In this document: positions 1-10,344 of the stretch, one piece after another
Numbering within the stretch: position 1 is the first letter of the stretch
Layout of the letters: each line of letters begins with the position of its first letter
Source: a virus
Lineage: Duplodnaviria > Caudoviricetes
Reading direction: 5' to 3' (one strand)
IMG/VR virus record: IMGVR_UViG_3300028591_000003
Coordinates: 32,001 to 96,000 of that record
Length of the DNA stretch: 64,000 nucleotides
Program-made: the position numbers and the translations under genes
Notes under the pieces: generated by a model
What the model was told of the DNA's origin: nothing
Database searches by the model: none
Seen by the model: only the letters and a program-made list of their open reading frames with translations

Positions 1-653
1 CGAACTGTTTTAAGATAATTAGAAGCTAAATCTATTTCTTCTTTAATGGAATGTCCATTAGCTTGATAAAGTAGAGATACATGATCTATGCCTATAACAT
101 AAATCATTTCTGGATCATTCCATATAAAAACTTTTCTATTTTCAGATTCTTCAAAATGTCCATATTTTTCTAAATCTTCTAATATTCTTTTATAAAGACC
201 TCCAGCACTTACGTTCTTATCATAAATAGTCCAAACTTTTTCTACTTTTTCATACCAATTTAAAGCTTCTTGAACATATTCATAATTTTTTCCAGAAAGA
301 ATATATCCCTTTTTACTAGAGAATATTTCATCAGAAGAGAGTTGTATATGATAAGTATCGAATATATACATTGATAACATTCTTCCTACAACTTGTTCAG
401 CTGACATATCCATAGAAAAGAAATATCCTCTATATCTTCCATCTTCTAAATGATTTTTTAAAGGAGAATAGACATAAGAGTATAAATATAGAGCAGTTTT
501 ACCTCCTCCTGGATTAGATGTCAAAACAAGATATCTACTGTGAACAATACCGCCAGTAACTAAATCTAATTTGTCTAATCCAGTAGTAAAACCTTGATTT
601 TTTCCTTCGATTCCTAACTGAATTTGATTTTTTACAGATTCAGTTATTGTCAT
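1..653 (-). CDS. dnaB: DnaB-like replicative helicase, N-terminal part (runs off window)
   Basis: Hand translation from ATG at 653: TTGLDKLDLVTGG, Walker A SNPGGGKT, FFSMDM, IGIDHVSLL; open to base 1. Confidence 0.85.
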   Translation of the reverse strand, partial: MTITESVKNQIQLGIEGKNQGFTTGLDKLDLVTGGIVHSRYLVLTSNPGGGKTALYLYSYVYSPLKNHLEDGRYRGYFFSMDMSAEQVVGRMLSMYIFDTYHIQLSSDEIFSSKKGYILSGKNYEYVQEALNWYEKVEKVWTIYDKNVSAGGLYKRILEDLEKYGHFEESENRKVFIWNDPEMIYVIGIDHVSLLYQANGHSIKEEIDLASNYLKTV

Positions 654-827
654 AATATAAATTAATAATTATCATTAACTTTTAATAAATATTCCCAGCC
701 CATTTCACAGTTATAATTTCCTAGGTCAAAAATAAACCCATTTCTAAAATAGTTATTTTCAGAATCTATTACTACTATGTAACCATCTCCACACTCTAAT
801 TTCCAGTCTGTTAATTTATTAATTAAT

Positions 828-1061
828 TCAGTTATCGTCATCTGGTTTTACTAATTCATATTCATATCCAGTTTCATTACACCAATCTTCTGCTGATTCA
901 TTAGTATCAAAGTACATAATAATGTCTCCTTGACATACTCTTTCAATTAAATCTTCAGTTAATAGATTATCATAAAATCCACTTTCTGACTTTTTATCCT
1001 CATATCCAGTTACATCATAGCCGTAAGCATGGTCACCTAATGTTAAATAAACTCTAATCAT
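828..1061 (-). CDS. hypothetical protein
   Basis: 77 aa ORF in a tightly packed minus-strand operon. Confidence 0.65.
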   Translation of the reverse strand: MIRVYLTLGDHAYGYDVTGYEDKKSESGFYDNLLTEDLIERVCQGDIIMYFDTNESAEDWCNETGYEYELVKPDDDN

Positions 1062-1204
1062 AATTCTTCAACTAAATCAATATGAGCTATATTCCAATGT
1101 TCATCTTGAATATTTTGAGCAGCTTCTTGTTCAGAATTAGCATAGCACCATTCTTTGTCATAATCACCACTTTTAGTAGTAAACCTTACTAAATACTTTT
1201 TCAT
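1058..1204 (-). CDS. small hypothetical protein (paralog of 1201-1347)
   Basis: 48 aa, begins MKKYLVRFTTKSG; below ORF-track cutoff; start/stop overlaps with neighbours. Confidence 0.7.
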   Translation of the reverse strand: MKKYLVRFTTKSGDYDKEWCYANSEQEAAQNIQDEHWNIAHIDLVEEL

Positions 1205-1347
1205 ATTTCTAATATTGAATTAATAGTATCCAAATTAAATCTTTGCTGATATGCTTTATATTCAGCTTCTTCTTTAGAAAAAGCATTTATTCGCATAGAA
1301 TCCCTACTTCCAGAATTGGTAGTGAATCTCACTAAATACTTTTTCAT
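1201..1347 (-). CDS. small hypothetical protein (paralog of 1058-1204)
   Basis: 48 aa, begins MKKYLVRFTTNSG; ATGA overlaps. Confidence 0.7.
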   Translation of the reverse strand: MKKYLVRFTTNSGSRDSMRINAFSKEEAEYKAYQQRFNLDTINSILEI

Positions 1348-1598
1348 GCAATAATAATTCCATTTAATTTTGATTCATCCAAAAGATAATCATTAAAAAA
1401 TCTACTCCCAGGATATACTTTTGCATATCCGCTAACATCGGGATCAACACAAAATAGGCATTCATTTTCTGGATAATTACCTATAGCATTAATAGTTTCG
1501 TAATAATCATCAGCAGTATTCTCTATGAATACTAAACGTTCTCCAAAACCTTTTTCTTTTATAGTTTGAAGGACTTTAATTAACTCATTAACTGTCAT
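1344..1598 (-). CDS. hypothetical protein
   Basis: 84 aa ORF with ATGA overlaps. Confidence 0.65.
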   Translation of the reverse strand: MTVNELIKVLQTIKEKGFGERLVFIENTADDYYETINAIGNYPENECLFCVDPDVSGYAKVYPGSRFFNDYLLDESKLNGIIIA

Positions 1599-1783
1599 AT
1601 TAATTTAAAATTGAAGGGGTGAATCTTACTATATATTTTTTCATAAAAATCTTTTTTATTAATAATTAGCCATCCAGTATTTACTTGAATAGTAAGATAA
1701 TTGCCATCAACTGATATTATAGGGGATTTATATTTTAAAGTTTTAAAGGCTTCCTCTATAGCTTTTAAACTAATAGTTTTCAT
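1595..1783 (-). CDS. hypothetical protein
   Basis: 62 aa ORF with ATGA overlaps. Confidence 0.6.
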   Translation of the reverse strand: MKTISLKAIEEAFKTLKYKSPIISVDGNYLTIQVNTGWLIINKKDFYEKIYSKIHPFNFKLI

Positions 1784-2370
1784 ATCATTTTAATAGCTTC
1801 AGTATTAACATTAATACCATTTCCTTCTTTCATTGCTTTAATTGCAATCCAACTATTATCAACTATAAAGGAATCTAGAGTTGTAAAATTATATCCATTA
1901 TCAATTCCCCATTTAATAAGTTCTATTACTTCCTGATGAACTTCTGGTGAATTGTGAATATATTTAGCATATTTAGCAAAAGCATCTTCTAAAGAATCGA
2001 ACTTACGAGACACTCTTTTTAAATTATAGATTTGTCCGTTTACTATGGTAGATTGTGGATAAGTGTTAAATAACTCTTCTCCCATTTCAAAAGAGGATCT
2101 GAAATATTGTTTCTGAAAATTCTGATTAAAAGGAATATTTTCAACTATCAGTTGTTGTCCTTCTTTTGGAAGTTTCCAAGACTTTAAAATTATTCCTTTC
2201 TCTTGAAGTTTGACGAGAATGTCTCTCAATTTTAATATTTGACTTAATCTTTGCAACCATTCGTATTCTCCGTCTTCTTTAGCCAACAGAATTAATTTTA
2301 CTGTAAATAACTCTGTTGGAGTTAAATTATATTTTTCTAATAAACTTAGTTCGTTTTCTAATGTAAACAC
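1780..2370 (-). CDS. hypothetical protein in replication module (possible HTH-like N-terminus)
   Basis: 196 aa ORF between the two helicases. Confidence 0.7.
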   Translation of the reverse strand: MFTLENELSLLEKYNLTPTELFTVKLILLAKEDGEYEWLQRLSQILKLRDILVKLQEKGIILKSWKLPKEGQQLIVENIPFNQNFQKQYFRSSFEMGEELFNTYPQSTIVNGQIYNLKRVSRKFDSLEDAFAKYAKYIHNSPEVHQEVIELIKWGIDNGYNFTTLDSFIVDNSWIAIKAMKEGNGINVNTEAIKMI

Positions 2371-2401
2371 AGCATAAATTATTCATTTAGCTGCTAAAAG
2401 G

Positions 2402-2590
2402 TTAATCCAGTTTCCCGGTTTTATCAAGTGCATATGGACTTAAAAACTCTTTTCCGAGTTCTAAATATCTATTATTTATTTTCTCCACATTATAATTTGT
2501 ACTAAGAAATTCATTATATTCTATATCATTATTATAAGAATAAAAAATTTCTTGTAACAATATTAATTCTAACATTTTTTCTGGAATCAT
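2402..2590 (-). CDS. hypothetical protein
   Basis: 62 aa ORF in operon. Confidence 0.55.
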   Translation of the reverse strand: MIPEKMLELILLQEIFYSYNNDIEYNEFLSTNYNVEKINNRYLELGKEFLSPYALDKTGKLD

Positions 2591-2594
2591 AATA

Positions 2595-5041
2595 TTAAAA
2601 TCTAAATAACAATTGTCCTAATTTAGGTTTATATAAATCTGGCAATTCACCTTTTAATACTTTATCCAATCCTTTTTCATCAATAGTAATATAATTCTTA
2701 TCTTTCTTATGATTATTAACGACCCATTTTTCTTCTACTGTATCTTTAATAATAATATAAAAAACTTCTGCAATCTTATCACCTTCTTTTCTGACTGTAC
2801 GACCTCTTCTTTGTCTAGCTTTAGTTTCAGAACTATCAGTACCAAGTATTATAGCTACAGAAAGACCTGGAATATCAATTCCTTCATCTGCTTTTTTTAC
2901 GGTATTTAAAACTCCAGAAGATTGTACAGAAAAATCTTCAAGCATTGTAGCACTTCTTTTTTTAGATACTCTTCCTGTATATACGTCTCCTATTCCTATA
3001 GCTTCTGCCATATTTACATTATTAGAAAAAGTGATAATTTTTTTATCGGATCGAGCATTTATTATTTTTTTAGCTATCTCTATTTTTTTCGGATGATTAT
3101 TTATAAAAGCTTTTCTAAGTTGCATTGTTTGCATAAATCTTATAGAATGATAATTTATTGATTTTAAAATATCTTTCTTTTTTTGTTCATCATCCCCTTT
3201 ATATAACATATCTCTATATGCTAATTTATTTTTCCATCCAACTGTTGGTTTAACCATAGACATAGCTAAATTAAAGTCAAATTGAAAAAATTCATAATGT
3301 TCTATCCATTCTTTATTTAATGCTTTATATTCTTTGATGTTATCAACATCAATTAATACAATATATTCTTTATAATCAGATACCCAACCATTTACTAAAC
3401 ATTCAGCAAACGGAATATTATCAACAATTGGACAATATTTTTGCATTATTATATGTTTTCCATCAAGTCTTTCGAATGTTGCGGTAAGTCCAAGTATTAA
3501 TTTATATTTAACACAAGTAAATATTTTACTAAAATCATCAGAATTAACTCTGTGAACTTCGTCTATTACTAAAAAATCACAAGTCCAGTCATATTTAATA
3601 ACTGTATTTATTACTTGTATTTCTACATTAAAAGAAAATCCTTCTAGGTCAATTATATTTTGCCATTGATTCTTAAGTGCTGTTGTAGGAACGACAACAA
3701 GAACTCTAAAATGTGGATATTTTTTTAGTAGCCCTCGTATAGACATTACTCCCATATTTGTCTTCAGTTTTGTTATCCTATAAGCTTTTTATCTTATAGT
3801 TCTATAATTTCTTATTCATTATAGCTCAGCGTACATTTTCATCTACAGCATTATCTGTTTAGATGCAGGGCACTCTTGGATTTATTATATTTATTCAAAA
3901 TCTACGCGTTACACTACTAATTAACCTTTCGCAATTTAATTAGTTAGCTCGGTATTGGCATCACAGCTTTCACCGATATTGTCCTGTAATAATTCTTGTG
4001 ATTTCTCAACAAGAACGGCTGTGTTTATTTTAATTGGAATATATTCATTAGAATAATAAAATTTATATCCAGTCTTCTTAACTATATATGGATTTTCCAA
4101 AGTAGCATCAGAATGTTTACTTAATGTACTCTGTGTTGATCCACAAATTTTAGCACAATCTGGAAGTGTTCTAAAATAAAACAATTCTCCCTTTGGAGAT
4201 TCAGAAATAATATATTTTCCTATTGTACTTGTAGCAGTTAAAACTTTTTCATTTATATGATTTACTAAATCATTTAAATATACAAATTTAGTTTCACTTA
4301 TACAATACCTTTTTTTATATAATTTATTTTCAGAATAACTTCCATTTTTATCACTTAAAAATTTTAAAGCTGCTTTATGATAAGGAAACTCTCCAACAAG
4401 TGTTTTTGTAATAACATCATAAATATATGTAGTCTTCCAATTATGTTGTTGTTTATAAGTTTCTATTTCTCCAGATTTATATTTTTCTTTTAAAGTATTA
4501 CTAATTTTATTTTTAGTTTCATCAGAAACATTATGTCCAAAATTAGCTACTACATTTAAAGTTAAATTATACTCTGGTTTTAAAGTATCTATATAATATT
4601 GTTCTCTTGAAAACCTATTTTCAGGATTACAATATTCCAAAATACAATAAATAAAAGCATCTTCTCCATATTTATTCCAAGAAGATTGAAAATGAGCATT
4701 ATGTGACTTATTATTTTTTAAGTTATGATAATGCTCATGTATTCTATTATAAATATCTACTGATGATCCTACATATCTTTTTCCAGATTCTATGTTAAAA
4801 AACATATAAACTCCAGATTTTCCCTTTAAATTAAATTCAATTTTATTCATATACTTATTAATTTTTTATTTTAATAAATATATCATTAAATTTAATTTAG
4901 GCAAAATTAAAAATATAACAGGATATTTATTCCAGTTAAAATTTATTAACAACCAAATCCTGTAGCAGCTTCTATACTTCCTCTACCTTTAGCCTTGATC
5001 CAGTTCCTTACAGCTTCTTGTTGTCGTTCTGTTCTAGTCAT
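2595..5041 (-). CDS. SF2 DExH-box helicase, spliced: exon 1 4952-5041, exon 2 2595-3764
   Basis: Exon 1 MTRTERQQEAVRNW...EAATGFG joins in frame to KTNMGVM..., restoring Walker A (ATGFG|KT); DEVH, LGLTAT, EGIDIP and QRRGR motifs. Confidence 0.92.
3936..4850 (-). CDS. intron-encoded GIY-YIG homing endonuclease
   Basis: GVY...YVGSS...R...E...N motifs; NUMOD3-like GHNVSDETKNKIS. Confidence 0.92.
   Translation of the reverse strand: MNKIEFNLKGKSGVYMFFNIESGKRYVGSSVDIYNRIHEHYHNLKNNKSHNAHFQSSWNKYGEDAFIYCILEYCNPENRFSREQYYIDTLKPEYNLTLNVVANFGHNVSDETKNKISNTLKEKYKSGEIETYKQQHNWKTTYIYDVITKTLVGEFPYHKAALKFLSDKNGSYSENKLYKKRYCISETKFVYLNDLVNHINEKVLTATSTIGKYIISESPKGELFYFRTLPDCAKICGSTQSTLSKHSDATLENPYIVKKTGYKFYYSNEYIPIKINTAVLVEKSQELLQDNIGESCDANTELTN
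4875..4905 (-). promoter_or_regulatory. Bacteroidota sigma-A-like promoter for GIY-YIG gene
   Basis: TTTG-N19-TATATTTA; same pattern upstream of the HNH gene. Confidence 0.5.
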
Positions 5042-5043
5042 AG

Positions 5044-5937
5044 TTAATCATTTAACTTAATGTTTTTGCTTTTTGCAACAAGTTCTATCTGTTTTTGGAG
5101 ACGTTTCCAACTAAAAATGTGTCCATCGATTTCTCTAGATAATCTTAAAAGAACTTTATTTCTAAGAGTAACAAGTTGTTCAGTAGTCATATCAGAATAT
5201 TTCTGTTTTTTGGCTAAAGTTAGCATAGCTCTCATTTCATGATAAGACAAACCTTTTTCACTTAATCTCAGTACAAGTTCAGCAGGAAGATGAAGTTTTT
5301 CTTTAGCAGCTTTAAGTTTTTCTACATTAGAATTAGCACTTCCAAATTCATTTTCTTCTGATTTAGTAAACCAAATTCCCATTTTTGTGATAAATGTCAT
5401 AGTTAGATGTTGTTTTGAGAAAACACCTAAATTATCAATACATCCATCAAGAACATCTGCGATATTAATACTTTGAAATTCAGCTGGAAATTCACCTCCA
5501 TTCAAATGGGAAACAGAAATTTTATTCCAATCTAGAGTAATGTTTTGTTCAGCAGCTTCCTTTTCACTATTAGAAATAAATTCTCTAATAGCAATCATCA
5601 TTTTAAATCTAGGAGTAGGAATATAATTCTCACGTCTCATATAACTATTCTCTAAATATCTCAAGAATAATTCAACATTACATTTATTAATTTGTGAAGT
5701 AACTTCCTCTAGAACATTATAACGACCAAGATGCTTTGGATCATTATTTCTAAGCATTTTTTCACAATGTTGCCAACATTCTTTCAGTCTTTCTGGACTC
5801 ATTTCAGAAATTTTTTCAGAATCTTGAACATATTTTTTTCCATTCTTTTTCTTTTCACCTTTCCAAATAAATGTGGAAAAATCATTTTTCCTAGTGTCTA
5901 GAGCTTTCTGTAAAGCATCTCCTAAAATATTATTCAT
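5044..5937 (-). CDS. hypothetical protein
   Basis: 297 aa ORF directly upstream of helicase exon 1. Confidence 0.8.
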   Translation of the reverse strand: MNNILGDALQKALDTRKNDFSTFIWKGEKKKNGKKYVQDSEKISEMSPERLKECWQHCEKMLRNNDPKHLGRYNVLEEVTSQINKCNVELFLRYLENSYMRRENYIPTPRFKMMIAIREFISNSEKEAAEQNITLDWNKISVSHLNGGEFPAEFQSINIADVLDGCIDNLGVFSKQHLTMTFITKMGIWFTKSEENEFGSANSNVEKLKAAKEKLHLPAELVLRLSEKGLSYHEMRAMLTLAKKQKYSDMTTEQLVTLRNKVLLRLSREIDGHIFSWKRLQKQIELVAKSKNIKLND

Positions 5938-5947
5938 TTACAACTTA

Positions 5948-6322
5948 TCATATTACAATATTTTTATTTGAATTATCTTGTTCCTTAACAAATCTTTTAA
6001 ATATTAAATTTGAAAAGTTATATTTTACAATAGAATCAGTTCTTCTATCGTAATAAGTATCTACACCAGCTTCTACAACATCATACATTAAAAATCCAGT
6101 TTCTCCTAATTCAGGAATTCTAGATTCCCAATTAGGAAAAACTGTAACCATTATATATGAATGTCCAAAAGGTGGACTATTTTCTAAATTTTTAAAAACT
6201 AGAATATGATAATCAAGTATATCATGTTCTATTGCTACAACTTTACATTTTACAATATTTGTTGTCAAAATTTCAATTGCTTTATCGAAATGGAATCTAC
6301 CTCTGTAGGAATAGCATACCAT
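5948..6322 (-). CDS. hypothetical protein (start uncertain)
   Basis: ORF track; real start may be downstream given overlap with 6265-6567. Confidence 0.6.
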   Translation of the reverse strand: MVCYSYRGRFHFDKAIEILTTNIVKCKVVAIEHDILDYHILVFKNLENSPPFGHSYIMVTVFPNWESRIPELGETGFLMYDVVEAGVDTYYDRRTDSIVKYNFSNLIFKRFVKEQDNSNKNIVI

Positions 6323-6567
6323 CTCATCATATCATTAATATGATCTTGATATAATGTTTCAACATCTACTCCTGTTATTTCGGATTCTTTTGAAATTTGA
6401 CTATAGGAAGGAATTCCATATTTACCTTCATATTTATAATAGTACGAAGCAGCAGAATTTTTAGCAAGTTCATCAGCTTCTTGATCAGATTTGCACCATT
6501 TAGTAAAATGATATTTACATCCTAAAGTTTTTCCAATAGTTCCAAAATAAATATTATATTGTGTCAT
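6265..6567 (-). CDS. hypothetical protein
   Basis: 100 aa ORF in operon. Confidence 0.7.
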   Translation of the reverse strand: MTQYNIYFGTIGKTLGCKYHFTKWCKSDQEADELAKNSAASYYYKYEGKYGIPSYSQISKESEITGVDVETLYQDHINDMMRWYAIPTEVDSISIKQLKF

Positions 6568-6926
6568 AATAATAAACCTAAAATAAATAAAAGAATTCCT
6601 CCTACAGAAGATCCTATTAAAGTCTTCTTTTTAGAGGATTTTAATTTTTTAATTGTTTTTTCATCATCAGTAACTTTTTTCTTATATAAAGAAATCTCTT
6701 CTCTTTGTATAGAATCAGATTTCATATAAAGATCATTTAATTCAGTTAATGATGAAATTTGTTGTTTCAATAGAGGATTTTCAATACTTAATTTCTCATG
6801 TTCAATAAAAATTAATGCTGTCTCTTTTGCTGCGATGCTGTCTAATGTAATCTGTGATAAAACTACTGTCGGCATCACTAGATTGATTAATAATAACATT
6901 AATCCTTTCTCGATAATGTTTTTCAT
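6564..6926 (-). CDS. membrane protein (signal-like N-terminus, coiled coil, C-terminal TM); possibly spanin-like
   Basis: Hydrophobic ends; overlaps 6802-7149 in another frame, as spanin pairs do. Confidence 0.5.
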   Translation of the reverse strand: MKNIIEKGLMLLLINLVMPTVVLSQITLDSIAAKETALIFIEHEKLSIENPLLKQQISSLTELNDLYMKSDSIQREEISLYKKKVTDDEKTIKKLKSSKKKTLIGSSVGGILLFILGLLL

Positions 6927-7149
6927 TAGTAATTATTTTAACATGAGTTGAATCAATTACAATTCTAAGACTATCTTTTATATTAGAAATAGAATCTATT
7001 TTAAATTCAAGTTGTTCTAATTTATCTAATATTATATCATCCTTAGTTTTAATATTTGGAGTATGAAATACAACCCATAAATATAAACTAATTATTCCTA
7101 TAATAGATAGAATAATAACAATGTAAGTTTTTTTATTCACCTGTATCAA
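6802..7149 (-). CDS. N-terminal TM coiled-coil protein; possibly i-spanin-like
   Basis: TM YIVIILSIIGIISLYLWVVF followed by helical region. Confidence 0.5.
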   Translation of the reverse strand: MIQVNKKTYIVIILSIIGIISLYLWVVFHTPNIKTKDDIILDKLEQLEFKIDSISNIKDSLRIVIDSTHVKIITNEKHYRERINVIINQSSDADSSFITDYIRQHRSKRDSINFY

Positions 7150-7441
7150 ATTTTTCAGGGAGAGATTCTCTACATAATCTAACTATTTCTTCATAACTTT
7201 TTTGTAAAGTTTTAAGATATGTCATTAATGAAATATTCTCTTCCTCATATTTTTTAGCAACCCTTTTTTTAGCAATTTTGGTTAAACAATGAGAAAGAGT
7301 AAGTCCATACAATGTATCTCCTGGTTCTATTTCATAATTACCAGTATCCCTTTTCTTAACTCTTTTCATGAAAGTCAAATCATAGAAATCACTACATGAG
7401 CCAGAGGGTTTTATTATAAAATCTTTCTCTATTATTTCCAT
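7133..7441 (-). CDS. hypothetical protein
   Basis: 102 aa ORF. Confidence 0.7.
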   Translation of the reverse strand: MEIIEKDFIIKPSGSCSDFYDLTFMKRVKKRDTGNYEIEPGDTLYGLTLSHCLTKIAKKRVAKKYEEENISLMTYLKTLQKSYEEIVRLCRESLPEKFDTGE

Positions 7442-7549
7442 TATTTCTTTTCACTTCCAGGTTTCATATGAAGGTGGCCAGACTCTTTATTTTTTCCACC
7501 TCTTGCCGTCCAATCTTTAATTCTGGCATCCAAATACATTAGTCTTTTT

Positions 7550-8017
7550 TTATACTTCATCGCTTACAATCCCTAATTTTTCTTCAAGATCATTCAAATA
7601 GTTTGGATTATAAATTCTTAGATTATTCAAATCCATTCTAATATTACTATCAATTTTATCAATGTCTACATCTAGTAAATCGAGTAATTTACTATACTCA
7701 TTCCAAATTCTCACCAAGAAATTATGCTTCTTAATATTAGCGTTTAACTTAGCTTTCATAAAAGCAATGTTATTACCAATTTCTTCATCGAAAGCATCTC
7801 CTAAGCAAGGCTGTGAAATACCTGTACCAATAATCAAAGAACCATGACATTTACCATAGTCTTTATCAATAGAATTAATAATATCAACAGAGTTATTATG
7901 GACTTTATCCATAGACTCAATTACTCTATTCATAATCTTGTAGACATCTTCTACACAAACCTTGGTAATCTTGTTACCTTCCCGAGTTGTTTCAATCGGA
8001 ATTCTTACATTAGTCAT
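7550..8017 (-). CDS. hypothetical phage protein
   Basis: 155 aa; GDAFDEEIGNNIAFMKA resembles a recurrent phage motif. Confidence 0.7.
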   Translation of the reverse strand: MTNVRIPIETTREGNKITKVCVEDVYKIMNRVIESMDKVHNNSVDIINSIDKDYGKCHGSLIIGTGISQPCLGDAFDEEIGNNIAFMKAKLNANIKKHNFLVRIWNEYSKLLDLLDVDIDKIDSNIRMDLNNLRIYNPNYLNDLEEKLGIVSDEV

Positions 8018-8300
8018 AATATAAAATTATTTTAAAATTATTATTTAAGCTGTTTGAGCTTAATTGTTCCTGCAAATAAAAAATATTATACTTTCTGCAA
8101 TAAAATTCAACAATTTTCGGCATTGCTTTTTGAATTAATTGCGGATTTTGTACTATTAAATATATTAATTTATCTGAATTTTCAAAGTTATTTTCTGTTA
8201 AATAATCAGAATATAATGGAAGTAATTGTTTTTCAAATGATATAGGAGTCCCTCTAATCATTGCATTAAAAATAGATATACATTCTTCCTTAGTTACCAT
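8010..8300 (-). CDS. hypothetical protein
   Basis: 96 aa ORF. Confidence 0.65.
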   Translation of the reverse strand: MVTKEECISIFNAMIRGTPISFEKQLLPLYSDYLTENNFENSDKLIYLIVQNPQLIQKAMPKIVEFYCRKYNIFYLQEQLSSNSLNNNFKIILYYD

Positions 8301-8454
8301 TTGTATATTTTCTTATCAGATTTAATAAGTTTAATAATATCATTTAGTTTAGAGTTTACTTCTTTCCAAATTTCGTTTCCAGGATAAGTAATTTCTACAA
8401 ATTCTGCTCTTTTCTTTAAAGACTCTAACTCCTTAAGAAGTTCATTACCTGTTA

Positions 8455-8838
8455 TCATAATAACTCTAATCTTTTTAAATAATCAATTTCACTTTCATCA
8501 GTTACGGTATATATTTGATACTGAAGTAATCTTTCTGCTACATTTTTCATATAATTATATTCTTCATAATAATGAGGCTGAGACATCCACCACTCTTTAG
8601 GAATCCAATCTAAAAATTGTTTAAATCGTACAGCAAATGTATAACTACTAACTAGACGATTATCTATAATCGGATTAGCTAATTTCCAATGATGCAATTG
8701 CTCATTTAAAATAATATCACGTTCTTTGTTGATATAAACACTTATACCATTTTTTGTTATTTGTCTAACGTAAGCAATTCTATCAGGATCGTGAATTGAT
8801 ACTAAAACATATCCAGATTTTATATCTTCTTTTTTCAT
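8455..8838 (-). CDS. hypothetical protein
   Basis: 127 aa ORF. Confidence 0.7.
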   Translation of the reverse strand: MKKEDIKSGYVLVSIHDPDRIAYVRQITKNGISVYINKERDIILNEQLHHWKLANPIIDNRLVSSYTFAVRFKQFLDWIPKEWWMSQPHYYEEYNYMKNVAERLLQYQIYTVTDESEIDYLKRLELL

Positions 8839-9269
8839 AATATCATTTTAGATTCATTACTACAAAGTTTATCTACATAATTATTCCATTTTACATCATC
8901 ATTATCACCTTTTTGGTGTCCATCTACATGACGATAAGTAATTGGATTTTTAACAAGAGATTGAGTAGTTACTAAAATATTTTTAATTTTAGCAATTAAT
9001 TCAGTATTCTTTTTAGGATTCCACTTTTCATTAAATATACATCCTAAGGCATATTCAGAATCAGATACTATTTCTAAAGAATCAATAGGTTTTTTAATAG
9101 ATTTCAAAGCATAACCAATAGCAGTTAACTCCATTATGTTATTAGTTACATTTTTAAATCCTTTAGAAAATTCAAATACTTTTTCTCCATTCTTTATCCA
9201 TACTATTCCGATTCCTCCATTACTATTGGCTCTACAAGAACCATCAGTATAAATTATCCAGTTATTCAT
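8835..9269 (-). CDS. rnhA: ribonuclease HI
   Basis: IYTDGS, TNNIMELTA, SDSEY, HVDGH, NNYVD catalytic motifs. Confidence 0.92.
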   Translation of the reverse strand: MNNWIIYTDGSCRANSNGGIGIVWIKNGEKVFEFSKGFKNVTNNIMELTAIGYALKSIKKPIDSLEIVSDSEYALGCIFNEKWNPKKNTELIAKIKNILVTTQSLVKNPITYRHVDGHQKGDNDDVKWNNYVDKLCSNESKMIL

Positions 9270-9438
9270 CCCATTGCATCATTTAAATCACCAATATCAC
9301 CACCTAACCCCATATTATCTGGTTCCCAATCTTCTGGGATTGCCCATTCGTTTTTCTCTGAATCAAATAAACAATCATCAGGATAACCTGGATTATTCAT
9401 ATAGTCCTGAATTTCAGGCCAACCTACTTTAATGTATC

Positions 9439-9834
9439 TCATAATAAATGTCTATAATAATACTCTCTCCAATTATCAATTCCATTTTTACTTACATAAT
9501 CAGCAAGTTTTTGAAATTTATATTTATAATTATTATACTTACTATGTCCTTTAATCCATTTTAAATTATATTCTCTATATCCTTTATTAATAGCTGTTCT
9601 ATTATCACAATAAACAATAATATTTTCAGTATTATAATGTCTTTTTACATATTTAATTGCCCATATAATAGCAGCTCTTTCATAATAATTTATAGACATT
9701 TGTATTTCTTTACATTGTCGTTCTTTATAAATAACATCTGTTATATGATAATTTACTACAATTACAGCAGCTCTAGTATGAAAATTTTTCAAAGGTAATA
9801 AAGAAACATCAGTATAAATATAAAAAGTTCTCAT
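9439..9834 (-). CDS. second, divergent RNase H-fold protein
   Basis: YIYTDVS...ERAAI...VYCDN...WIKGH...LADY. Confidence 0.75.
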   Translation of the reverse strand: MRTFYIYTDVSLLPLKNFHTRAAVIVVNYHITDVIYKERQCKEIQMSINYYERAAIIWAIKYVKRHYNTENIIVYCDNRTAINKGYREYNLKWIKGHSKYNNYKYKFQKLADYVSKNGIDNWREYYYRHLL

Positions 9835-10313
9835 TTTACTAAAAATTCATCTGACCATGTACTTTGTTTAGTTTTATAATTCTCCCAAGGCCAACTTTCT
9901 TTAGCTTTTTCTATATTGGGTTCATCACATCCATATGACGTATTGTTATAATAGTATAGATACCAAAGAACTTGTTCCCAATATTCATCTTCTCTATGTT
10001 CTTGATGTGGAAATAAAGTCCAATACCATATAAAATTCCATTTAAATAAATGAATCCATATATAAGGTGCTCTTTCAAATCTAGGACTATCATATTTGTC
10101 TTTCCATCCAACATCATTAAAGATTATATGAATTAAAGCTGGGTTAGAACACCATAGAACAGGGCTAGGAATTATATTTTTACTAAATTTAAATTTACAT
10201 TGTAATGGTTTAAAAACATTTTTGACTTTATTTAAAGTCTTTTTTGGATTTCTAATATCTATATAAAGATATTTTCTCCAATCTAAATAAAACCAATCTT
10301 TTCTTACATACAT
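9831..10313 (-). CDS. hypothetical Trp-rich protein
   Basis: ORF; ATG at 10313 preferred because the track start lies inside a terminator hairpin. Confidence 0.7.
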   Translation of the reverse strand: MYVRKDWFYLDWRKYLYIDIRNPKKTLNKVKNVFKPLQCKFKFSKNIIPSPVLWCSNPALIHIIFNDVGWKDKYDSPRFERAPYIWIHLFKWNFIWYWTLFPHQEHREDEYWEQVLWYLYYYNNTSYGCDEPNIEKAKESWPWENYKTKQSTWSDEFLVK

Positions 10314-10316
10314 ACG

Positions 10317-10344
10317 AAAAAAGGCGATCACTCTGGATCGCCTA
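10317..10344 (-). terminator. intrinsic terminator
   Basis: AGGCGATC-loop-GATCGCCT followed by T run. Confidence 0.65.

Larger units (their letters stand above)
3765..4951 (-). mobile_element. group I intron in helicase gene, with homing endonuclease
   Basis: 5' exon ends in U, intron ends in G; P1 GGU|UGU pairs with ACAGCC (4017-4022); P4 UCGGU/ACCGA; P7 GCGUA/UACGC. Confidence 0.9.
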
